Part shown: positions 29,401 through 37,700 of the stretch, piece after piece | Layout: each line of letters starts with the position of its first letter | How positions within the stretch are numbered: the stretch's first letter is position 1 | Source of the DNA: a virus | DNA: 64,000 nt | IMG/VR virus record: IMGVR_UViG_3300021168_000013 | Strand: one strand, 5' to 3' | Made by a program: the position numbers and the translations under genes | The notes under the pieces: model-generated | Databases searched by the model: none | Seen by the model: only the letters and a program-made list of their open reading frames with translations | Told to the model about the DNA's origin: nothing

Positions 29401-30489
29401 ATATCATCTTATCCATTTCAGTTTGATGAATTTGACATAACACAAAATGTAAATTTGTCTAACTTTGGACCAAATAAGCTTAAGAATTATAGAATCAACA
29501 AGGTCGCTCAAACCGCGCTGGCAAGATTAATGCCGACCGAATTGAGCACCACGCCTGTATTAGTCAGTAATGATTCCAATTTGGTTGCTGCTTACATTTC
29601 ACCATACGTAACTAGGGATAGTGACATTCTAAACTTTATTGGTAATTACGATATAATGAATATAGTTGGTGACCCATCGTATTTATACAGTTCTAGTTAT
29701 GACGCTTTGGAAAAATTACGGGATGATTATAATAATTATAATTTAGCGGAACCTATATTATATCAAGAATTTTTCACGATATACAAATTATTCATAGACA
29801 GTTCATTTTTTGATTCTATTAAGAGATTGACTCCAGCACGAAGTAAACTTATAACGGGAACATTGATTGAGCAGTCGTTAATCGAGCGAAATAAGTATCA
29901 AAATATACCAATACAATCAAATAACATTGGTGTATTGCCATTTACTCCAAGTCAGAGTTTATATGATATTACAGCTAATTCTATAATAGTAAATAATGCT
30001 CCCATAACGATGAGTATACCAACTCAGATAACAAATGGATATGAGAAGATTTCCACACGTTATATTAGTAATGATAAAGTGGATGCAAGATTTTCATCGT
30101 TGTCTATAAATGGAAATTGTTTGATTCACCCATACAATAATGGATTTATTACACAAAGTGTTTATAAACTTTCCAAAAATGTTCATCATTTGAATTATAT
30201 CCCATTAGGTTTAACTAATGGTGTTCCTACCCCGAGTGAATACACATATGTCACTCAATCCGTTAATTTTTATAATTTCGCTTCTGGAAATAATTTCCTA
30301 TCAGGATTGTTGGATAAGGCGTTATATCCCGTAGGTCATTATTCTTTAAATAGAAACAGACACGGATTATCATTTTCTACCACTAATTTGAACACTGTGG
30401 ATGCAAGTGGTAGTTTAGATGGATCATCTCCAATAGAGGTAACTGCGGTAAATCAGAACACATCTATACAAAAATTGGTATCGGTTTGA
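26434..30489 (+). CDS. Large baseplate wedge protein (gp7/P2 gpI-like KGT motif, LamG-like domain)
   Basis: YKAKGTEESVRILANIYGIP...NIKEFGG resembles the gpI/gp7 motif. The region FFGNLDKINIWNYQLS is LamG-like. Confidence 0.6.
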   Translation: MSFPFLTISSDTDNLNTGSYFDSTDLSTFYVSQSTDNFFGSSYEDFIEFSVFDISGNQINWNILKKTDTYNIVSSNYIDVTGSNLSYNYPRYNSSYAIASNREILLNTVNDLTNVGIQTGNQIVSYNFLRNVAGDSNNLLVIKSISTDRTEIQLIPTFVFDATNPQSILINNWYDGFCQKKTMVNDIINLLISALDNFNINDGYNTLIKSNPQVLNSFKTIFGLSSNSDIINFLNGIYNGYNISYKNSSGIIVSKTYLGIKSYITNWLHTYYADIVSEEELHAQFQFIVDTSVNTALIARNYNYGNLDSSGSVANFIDNIFFNNFLSPELEVIFNQYTDKFYSYLKNALNFGNNVVLPIIDHTYTLDDNNDIILVAKLFSPLGESISPRNTCWVSNISIAPLIQKVILTQPSNVVKYKIAGPNFNANPKIKTKPITKTVDYTNQNQLNSSNLQNQIEFNKKLQALSVDYSSFSNFVLFSSAQLRIKLFVNKVNQLNSLTSSLNNVQISASSENYSVSSSFSYDTTSLTEKIDAIYKSFDGFESYLYTNQYLISGSNYQNYIRGAIDYDFNNRDAFVNNTPEFIKSNDDNSDYLVFLSMVGHFFDNIYLYIQNFPTTQYLSNSNSNSFVSTIANNLLEQFGWNPISSVENVSRESYYLNNAQYSGSQAISGVNKMNIIWNRILNNLPMIYKAKGTEESVRILANIYGIPYSFLNIKEFGGNSLSDYDNSSYLFQSRYYFTSYSGSSEYVQLPYNPSVQSMEFKFSFDSTHQYNWNDVIQLVYKDQNFQVFVTKAYQDYMGILSFSFYDQTISTQPLPLFNGDVFNVLIQQRDVTSEFDVVYTNVIPSIYSLQVNSVENDRVIFQSSNELLLGSQYIGYFTSSNSVCFGNTPYGNNNFFGNLDKINIWNYQLSQSAFIDHCKNFDAYDDYDPTNTYTHLYFRYSFEYPINLASASMVSVPNAIGYNGLTGSAYNFPYNTLAYVSSSCLYVPISSYPFQFDEFDITQNVNLSNFGPNKLKNYRINKVAQTALARLMPTELSTTPVLVSNDSNLVAAYISPYVTRDSDILNFIGNYDIMNIVGDPSYLYSSSYDALEKLRDDYNNYNLAEPILYQEFFTIYKLFIDSSFFDSIKRLTPARSKLITGTLIEQSLIERNKYQNIPIQSNNIGVLPFTPSQSLYDITANSIIVNNAPITMSIPTQITNGYEKISTRYISNDKVDARFSSLSINGNCLIHPYNNGFITQSVYKLSKNVHHLNYIPLGLTNGVPTPSEYTYVTQSVNFYNFASGNNFLSGLLDKALYPVGHYSLNRNRHGLSFSTTNLNTVDASGSLDGSSPIEVTAVNQNTSIQKLVSV

Positions 30490-30511
30490 TTAAAATAATT
30501 TATTTTTCTTA

Positions 30512-30519
30512 TATTTATA
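30512..30519 (+). promoter_or_regulatory. Candidate late promoter TATTTATA
   Basis: Ends 11 nt before ATG 30531. Confidence 0.6.
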
Positions 30520-30530
30520 TATATATTAAT

Positions 30531-31172
30531 ATGGCATATCTAGATAACACAACAATAACGGTGCAAGCAATATTGACAAATAAGGGTCGTCAATTATTGG
30601 CTCAAAATGGAACATTGAACATTACATCATTTGCGTTGGCTGATGATGAGATAAATTACAATTTATATCAACCAAATACCCCACTCGGAAGCGCATTTTA
30701 TGATTTAGGTATAAGAAATACACCAATTTTAGAGCCATTTAGTGATGAAACTCAGAATTTGAAGCATAAATTGGTTTCTTTGCCCGCTGGCGTCACAAGT
30801 ATTCCAGTTGTTAGTGTTGCTCAGACCAGCATTGTGACGGATAGCAAATATTCTGGACAAATCATATTGGCACCAAGTACCAATCCATCGTATGATACAA
30901 CCCTTGGGTATACTGCTGTATTGGTCAATAAAAACGTTGGAAGTATTGTTGTGACTCAGACAAATAGTATAAATAGTACATCTGCCACAGTTCCCACGTT
31001 CTTTGGATCAGCTATCACGGAATCATCTCAGGTTGTTGTCGGTGTACAATTCCAGTTCATCCCTAATTCAACATTGGTTACTACTACATCTACACAAATC
31101 ATAATCATAGGTAACGAGAGTGGTGGAAGTGTGACTATTCCTGTTACAGTTACGGTGCCTACGAACTCTTAA
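30531..31172 (+). CDS. Tail-collar-fibre (DUF3751 N-half-like) structural protein
   Basis: Start moved to ATG 30531. ILTNKGRQLLAQ...ITSFALADD resembles the N-terminal half of tail-collar fibre domains. Confidence 0.55.
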   Translation: MAYLDNTTITVQAILTNKGRQLLAQNGTLNITSFALADDEINYNLYQPNTPLGSAFYDLGIRNTPILEPFSDETQNLKHKLVSLPAGVTSIPVVSVAQTSIVTDSKYSGQIILAPSTNPSYDTTLGYTAVLVNKNVGSIVVTQTNSINSTSATVPTFFGSAITESSQVVVGVQFQFIPNSTLVTTTSTQIIIIGNESGGSVTIPVTVTVPTNS

Positions 31173-31178
31173 TATTTT

Positions 31179-32333
31179 ATGATATATCAGCAATTTAATC
31201 CAACAACAGATATAGTAGCAGGAAGAATACAAACTGTAACATCCGGTTTCTTTAATGATGGTAATTATTCGGTTTCCCAACCAATTTTCACCACCAGTTC
31301 TACTCAAACCACCCCTTTTTCTAATCCGATCACCAATAATATAAACACCAATGTATTAAATGGATTATATTACTGGAATGTATATTATAATAATCAAGTA
31401 CATTTTTCATTGGCTTATGGAAATCTATATGGAAATGGAAGTCCTGTTAGCGATTTTTCGACCACAAACATATTCCCAACAATTGCAACTTATCAAACCT
31501 ATCTCAATTTGCTATTAGACCCATCACAGACCGCATTCTCATTTCTTACTGGATCATTTAATACATCCACTAATACATCAAATGCGTCCGCTGCTACTGG
31601 ATCATCCATCTTTATTATAAATTTTGAGAACAATCTTTATAAAAATGATGTTAATCCGGGCCAAGTATCATTCTCCCTCACGGGAAACAATGGAACATTT
31701 ACGTTTATTGATGATTCTACCATTATAAATGGAACATCTAACGTATATAACATAATATCTGGTGCTATCTCTCCAACTACTGGATTGATCACCCCATATT
31801 ATTCTTCAACTAATACTATCCCATACAATTCGTATGGACTATTCTATCCAAATGACGGAATAATCATATTAAATGCCGATGCTATTAATAATCTATTGGG
31901 TGGCATGACTGGTATTGATTCGAATGGAAATACGATCCAATATTCGTCCACATTATATAATAGTATATCTAATCCACAATATAATTTCCAGTTATATCAA
32001 AGCTGTCTTTACAATGCAATTGTTACTTCGGCTCAACCAATGTATGTTGTAAAATCGGAATTAATTCCTACAACACAATATTACGTAAGAGTACAAAATT
32101 CAAACTTCAATTACACAAACAATCCAACATTTGTTTCGACTGGCAATGATGGCACTGGATTGACTAAAGGAACTATAAAAATTCCAGCATTGAGAAACAA
32201 TCCTACCACATATATAACAACTGTTGGATTATATGATAATAATAATGAGTTGGTTGCCGTTGCTAAATTAAGTCAACCGTCGGCCAAAAGTTTTGATAAT
32301 GAGTATTTAATCAAAGTTTCACTGGGATATTAA
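31179..32333 (+). CDS. Baseplate/tail-fibre attachment protein
   Basis: The C-terminal YITTVGLYDNNNELVAVAKL motif resembles the C-terminal half of the DUF3751 fold and is shared with the 34706 gene. Confidence 0.55.
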   Translation: MIYQQFNPTTDIVAGRIQTVTSGFFNDGNYSVSQPIFTTSSTQTTPFSNPITNNINTNVLNGLYYWNVYYNNQVHFSLAYGNLYGNGSPVSDFSTTNIFPTIATYQTYLNLLLDPSQTAFSFLTGSFNTSTNTSNASAATGSSIFIINFENNLYKNDVNPGQVSFSLTGNNGTFTFIDDSTIINGTSNVYNIISGAISPTTGLITPYYSSTNTIPYNSYGLFYPNDGIIILNADAINNLLGGMTGIDSNGNTIQYSSTLYNSISNPQYNFQLYQSCLYNAIVTSAQPMYVVKSELIPTTQYYVRVQNSNFNYTNNPTFVSTGNDGTGLTKGTIKIPALRNNPTTYITTVGLYDNNNELVAVAKLSQPSAKSFDNEYLIKVSLGY

Positions 32334-32390
32334 AATAAGTACGTAATTCAGTAATTACCGCTTTGTTTGATTATATTCCAACAAATTTGC

Positions 32391-32398
32391 TATTTATT
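32391..32398 (+). promoter_or_regulatory. Candidate late promoter TATTTATT
   Basis: Ends 10 nt before ATG 32409. Confidence 0.55.
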
Positions 32399-32408
32399 TA
32401 GTAAAGCA

Positions 32409-34694
32409 ATGATTAAATCTTTAGACAAAACTGATGTATTAAATACACCGTTTCAAGCAATAAAAAACTGGGAGGTTAATAATATTGATCCTTCTGATTT
32501 GATATTGTGGATGTCTCAGTCCATAGATTTGAATTCTGGTATAACCTCTTCGTTAACTGGGGATATATCATTGACTTACATTGACTATGGTGATAATAGT
32601 CCGGGATATCCCATCACAAACAGTAATTGTAATATTGCATTACAACAACAAACTGAAGGATATGTTACTTACCGAAAAGGTACAGTAAATCCAAATGTAT
32701 TGTATCCTACCTCAAGTTTTTATACTTCTAATTTACCTAATTATGATGCGAAAACCAATCCGCAAAATATCGATAGGACGTATACAAATTTGATTTATAT
32801 TGAAAATCAGCATTTGTTTTACAATAATTATAACAATTTCACTCAAACTTTTGGTATGGAATCTGCGGATTTGTCAACTACCAATAGATTGTTGACTAAT
32901 ACTATGGACGTTTTTACGGTTCCTCAAAATAAATTTGGAAATAAGATTGTGCCACGAACTGTATTTATTGTTGATGATAGTCTGGATAAACCATATACTA
33001 TAATAGACGATGGAAACTGCAATTTAATTTTTTCAGGAAGCGTGTTCTCAACAATTGAGATAGATACGTTGTTGAATAGTATACAAAAGAGTTTGAATGC
33101 TTCTATATATTCATACGATGTGACTGGAAGTATAAGTGACACAATTTCTAATTTAGTTTTCAATACATTCGGTGCATTATCCAGAGTTAGTTCCTCTGTG
33201 ATATCCTCAACCATTTTAGGAGGAATAGCTCCGTATGATATAAACTGGTATGTTGTGGGAGATTATAGTGGATTATGGACTTTAACCTCTACCACTGGCC
33301 CCAACACTCGGGTAACTTATAACAACGTAGTATCGGCGACAAGTCCAGTATACTACACAAATACATATATTGTTTGTTTAGTAACTGATACCGCAGACAA
33401 CCAAATATTCTCAAATTTGATATATTTATCATCTGGAAGTATTCCATTTGTGCCTACTCCAATAACAGGAAGTCCAATCCCAACTAGTAGTGCATTCAAT
33501 CCTCCTCCTGCTCCACCCACAAACGAATTTCTACATATAGTAAATACTGGAATAAATACAGGAACTGATAACTCGGGAAATAAATACGATGAGAGTTATT
33601 TATTGTATAATTATGTGCCCGATCCAAATGTTGTGGTAAGTATTGCTGGACAATTAACTGATCTTACCCCATCTAGCAGTTATACAGGAATAAGAAACGG
33701 TTTATGGTATACTCCAGACACCTCAATCGCCAATTGGATAAGTCCTATTAGTCCATTGATTTCTGGTTTTTATGGAAACGAATATGCTGGAAATTTCACT
33801 TATAGAATTTATTTTGATCTAGTCACTCCTAATAATGTGGCGATAAATCCAAGTGGATTTGTATTAAACGGTAATTGGACAGTTGACGACACCGGCTCAA
33901 TATTGATAAATGGATCAGATACAGGAATAAGATTGACATCAGGAAGTGTTCCTGATTTCGAGTCCTTGTATTCATTTAGTATAACTGGCGGATTTGTTTC
34001 TGGAAGAAATTATATCGATTTTAATTTATGGAATATCTGGCCATCTGGATCAACTATATATGGCACATTTGCAAATTCAACCGGTCTATTAGTGGAATTT
34101 GATCCAACAAATGCTTTGATTTTAACAGGAACACCACCTTCTGAAATAAATCAGAGTAGTGATACTACTGTGGTAGTCGGTAGCCCAATTAGCTTGTATG
34201 GAAATTTTGCTGGTAGCCAACCTATATCATATCAATGGTATTTTGATGACAATATAATAGCTAATGCAAATTCATCTACATATACAAAACCGTTCAGTCA
34301 ATTTTCTGATGTCGGGAGTTATACCTTGAGTGCATCAAATGCTTTCGGAAATGCATCAACGGCTCCAATTAATCTATCTGTTATAAACCCACAATTACCA
34401 CAAGTCACGTTTGCTCCACCATCAGGAACAACTATTAACACAGCAAGTGTATATATTAATTGTCCAAGTTATCCATTTGTGACTATTTATTATTCATATA
34501 CGGTGTTTTATTCAAATGGATTTGTATTTAATTCAGATATAATTACAGGTTCAGTTGGGGCAGTTACTTTTGGTGGAATATCATCTGTAAATGTATCACA
34601 ATATCAGATAGCAAATGCATACGCATCATATAATGGGTATATCAATAGCGTGCCTGTTTTTGGATATTGGCCCGGAGGAAATATTTTAGGATAA
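32409..34694 (+). CDS. Virion structural protein with galactose-binding-like, Ig (I-set) and Fn3-like domains
   Basis: Start moved to ATG 32409. Jelly-roll pattern YRIYFDL...GNWTVDDTGSILING...NYIDF...TGLLVEF. Ig pattern AGSQPISYQWYF...SDVGSYTLSASNAFG. C-terminal PQVTFAPPSGT...TIYYS. Confidence 0.6.
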   Translation: MIKSLDKTDVLNTPFQAIKNWEVNNIDPSDLILWMSQSIDLNSGITSSLTGDISLTYIDYGDNSPGYPITNSNCNIALQQQTEGYVTYRKGTVNPNVLYPTSSFYTSNLPNYDAKTNPQNIDRTYTNLIYIENQHLFYNNYNNFTQTFGMESADLSTTNRLLTNTMDVFTVPQNKFGNKIVPRTVFIVDDSLDKPYTIIDDGNCNLIFSGSVFSTIEIDTLLNSIQKSLNASIYSYDVTGSISDTISNLVFNTFGALSRVSSSVISSTILGGIAPYDINWYVVGDYSGLWTLTSTTGPNTRVTYNNVVSATSPVYYTNTYIVCLVTDTADNQIFSNLIYLSSGSIPFVPTPITGSPIPTSSAFNPPPAPPTNEFLHIVNTGINTGTDNSGNKYDESYLLYNYVPDPNVVVSIAGQLTDLTPSSSYTGIRNGLWYTPDTSIANWISPISPLISGFYGNEYAGNFTYRIYFDLVTPNNVAINPSGFVLNGNWTVDDTGSILINGSDTGIRLTSGSVPDFESLYSFSITGGFVSGRNYIDFNLWNIWPSGSTIYGTFANSTGLLVEFDPTNALILTGTPPSEINQSSDTTVVVGSPISLYGNFAGSQPISYQWYFDDNIIANANSSTYTKPFSQFSDVGSYTLSASNAFGNASTAPINLSVINPQLPQVTFAPPSGTTINTASVYINCPSYPFVTIYYSYTVFYSNGFVFNSDIITGSVGAVTFGGISSVNVSQYQIANAYASYNGYINSVPVFGYWPGGNILG

Positions 34695-34705
34695 GATTAC
34701 AATAA

Positions 34706-37700
34706 ATGAACACATTTAATGTTTTAATAGTTGGCAATTTCGACAACGACATACGAGGAGATAGCGCACTATACTTACTTAGTGAGGTTGCTCCATATAC
34801 ATGCAATGTGTACTTTACTGGAACTGGAAGTACCAGTCCTTCTGCTTCATACACTACTCCAGTTGATATACATTTATCTGGTGTTGTTGCAGCCAGTGGT
34901 AGTATATCATCGGGATCACAATTGTTTTATTCAGGATCGGGATCTACAGTATATAGGAATCCTAGTTTTTATGGAAAATCTTTTAACCAATTCAATCCAA
35001 CATTCCCCTCGGTGGACATATCATATGTTAGTGCTTGGACGAATATTCCGACACAAAGTGTATGGTCATATACATCTCCAACATATTTAATAACTCCTAG
35101 ACACGTATTAACATCTACTCAGTTTGCTACTGGTATAGGTCAATCAGGAAGTGTTAAACCAACGGATCGACGAACAATTACGTTTGTTGGGCCTGATAAT
35201 GTAGTGTATACAAAAACCGTGGTATCGGCATCTACGGTGTGGACAAATAATCCTATAACATGGGATAATGCCAGTGGATTGGGGAATAATGGAGTGTCCG
35301 GCTCAACTGATTATACCGTATATCTATTGGATTCAGCAGTAACAGCTTCCATTTCTCCAGTTAAAATTTTACCAGTAAACGTAGACCCAAATATTATAAC
35401 GGCGTTGGGAACAGGCGCAATCCCTATATATAAATCAAATCAAGATTTAAGACAAATGTCGGTTGGAGTATCATACTTATTAAATTTAAATACCAATTTT
35501 GAGTATCAAAATATTGTCCATGATTCATCGAATGTTAATAGGAATTCCACATGGCAGGGAGTTACTACGGGTGATGCAGGTAACCCAATATTTATACAGA
35601 CTCAATCGGGTTCAGTTGCCTTGGGTCACATAACGTATTTGTCTGGGGTTGGTGATGGAACAGGAGGAATGGGAAAACCTTTATTTAGAATTCAAAACGA
35701 AATAAACGGGGTAATCAATTTGTTGTCACCAAGTCAGGGATATTCGGTAACGACATCCTCATTAGCATATCAAGATTTATTAAATGAGGGGTATATTAGT
35801 TTAAATCAGCACATAACATCTCTTGGATGGAGTGGTAATCATAGTGCATTGTTATATACCGCAAGTATTTCAACTGCTCCAAGTATAGACTGTATTATAT
35901 TACATGCATTAAATGGTGATTGGAATAATCATATTGATGGAGTGTTGAGTGCCAGTAACGTTGGTATACCAGTATTTACACAACATTATAATGATGTATC
36001 ACAATCGGTACGAGTTGGTGAATTTTATGGATTTGCTCCATCCATGAACATTGGATGGGGTGGATTTACATCTAATAATAGTGGGTCTTATGGACCTGAA
36101 TTGGAATTTTTTGACACTGCTATCGAGGGATCAAATTTGTCAGCATCTATCTTATTATATGGAGATTCTTCTGGGTTACTAGAAACTGAAAATTTTATAT
36201 ATCTAGACAATAATGATGTAGGAACGAATGAACTTAATGCGGTGGCCTCAACTACTGGAAAATATTTGAATTTAATTCAAGCGTTAAGCTCTAGTTTTTC
36301 TACCAATGTAGGTGGACAAAACTACAATCTATATACAAACTATAATAATTATTTAATCACTAATAATACACAATTAAGAAAACAATTTAATTTTGACATT
36401 AGACAGTATTTAAGACAGGCATCGTCATTTTATTCAAGTAGCTGGACTCCTACAGAGGGATATGGAATGATTCAAATTAGGAATTTGGCGGGAAGTTCAC
36501 AAATAATGCCAAATTTAACATCCAGTTTCAATTATACTAATTTGGGAGTGGGAACTCCATTGTATATAAATGTTACCGGGTCAAATGCTGAAGGAATTTT
36601 TATTTTCTCATGGGTAAATTTTGCTCAATCCGGATATCAAAGCACTAAGATATCAATAAATGGCATAACTATATATGAAGGAAGCGATTCCACATTTACG
36701 TGGACACCCAATATTACTACAACCAATGCGGTGGTTACATTTCAGACCACGTTAATAAATGGATTACAATCTTATCCGGAGTTAAATTCAATAATAACAT
36801 TGGGGCCATTAAATTCTGAATCAGGAGTATTTTCAAAACTCTGGTATGGATATAGTTGTGCAACCAACGGAACATATGTTGCAATCAGTAGTGTAAACAA
36901 TAAATTCGGGTTTGAGTCTGGTATAGTTGATATATTAGTTTATAATCCGGTAACCAATACATATGAAAACAGTTTCTTGATTAAAAAACTAATTAACCCA
37001 TCTAATTACTCATTGATATTAACCGCTGAGGATAATACCATAGATGTAACTGGCAGTTCTGATAGTGGGTCTTTTATAACAACGGAAACTTCATCTTCAT
37101 ATAGTGTGTACACTCAATTAGTTGTGGGTACTGAACAGTCTGGGTCAACAGAACCTCACCAAGAATTGCAGACCGAATCTGGTATAGATTTATATGCTGA
37201 TACACAATTTTTACCAATATCGGATGATCCTCTTGATTTGGAAGTAGAATCTGTATTGAATTTGATAACATTTTATTCCGATAATTTCGGTAAATCGCTA
37301 TCATTGTTTAATAATTTACTTGCTGTTGGTTGTCCAGAAACGGAAGTTATTTTCACAAACGGACAACTATATGTTGGTGGAAGTGTGGAAATTTTTGATT
37401 TATCCATGTGGGTGGCTGGCCAACCTTATTATTCCACTGCTTCATTGTCTATAGATAATGATGTTAATTTTGGAGAGAGTGTTTCGTTTTCTCAATTAAC
37501 ATCCGTTACAAGTTCATTATTCTTGGCTGTTGGATCGAGTACGGCTTTTGCTGGATATGGTGCTGTGTATATTTATATGAGAAGCGGTGGAGATAGTACT
37601 GCATGGGATTTGAAACAAACCATATATGGGCCTACCAGTGGAAGTTTCTTTGGTGGCAGTGTTAAGTTTGAACAAAGTGGTATGGATTATACATTAGTTG

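Noticed and set aside
34692-34708. Programmed readthrough or frameshift joining the 32409 and 34706 genes
   Set aside because: The ORFs are in different frames, a second in-frame stop (TGA) follows the TAA, and there is no obvious slippery heptamer or downstream structure.
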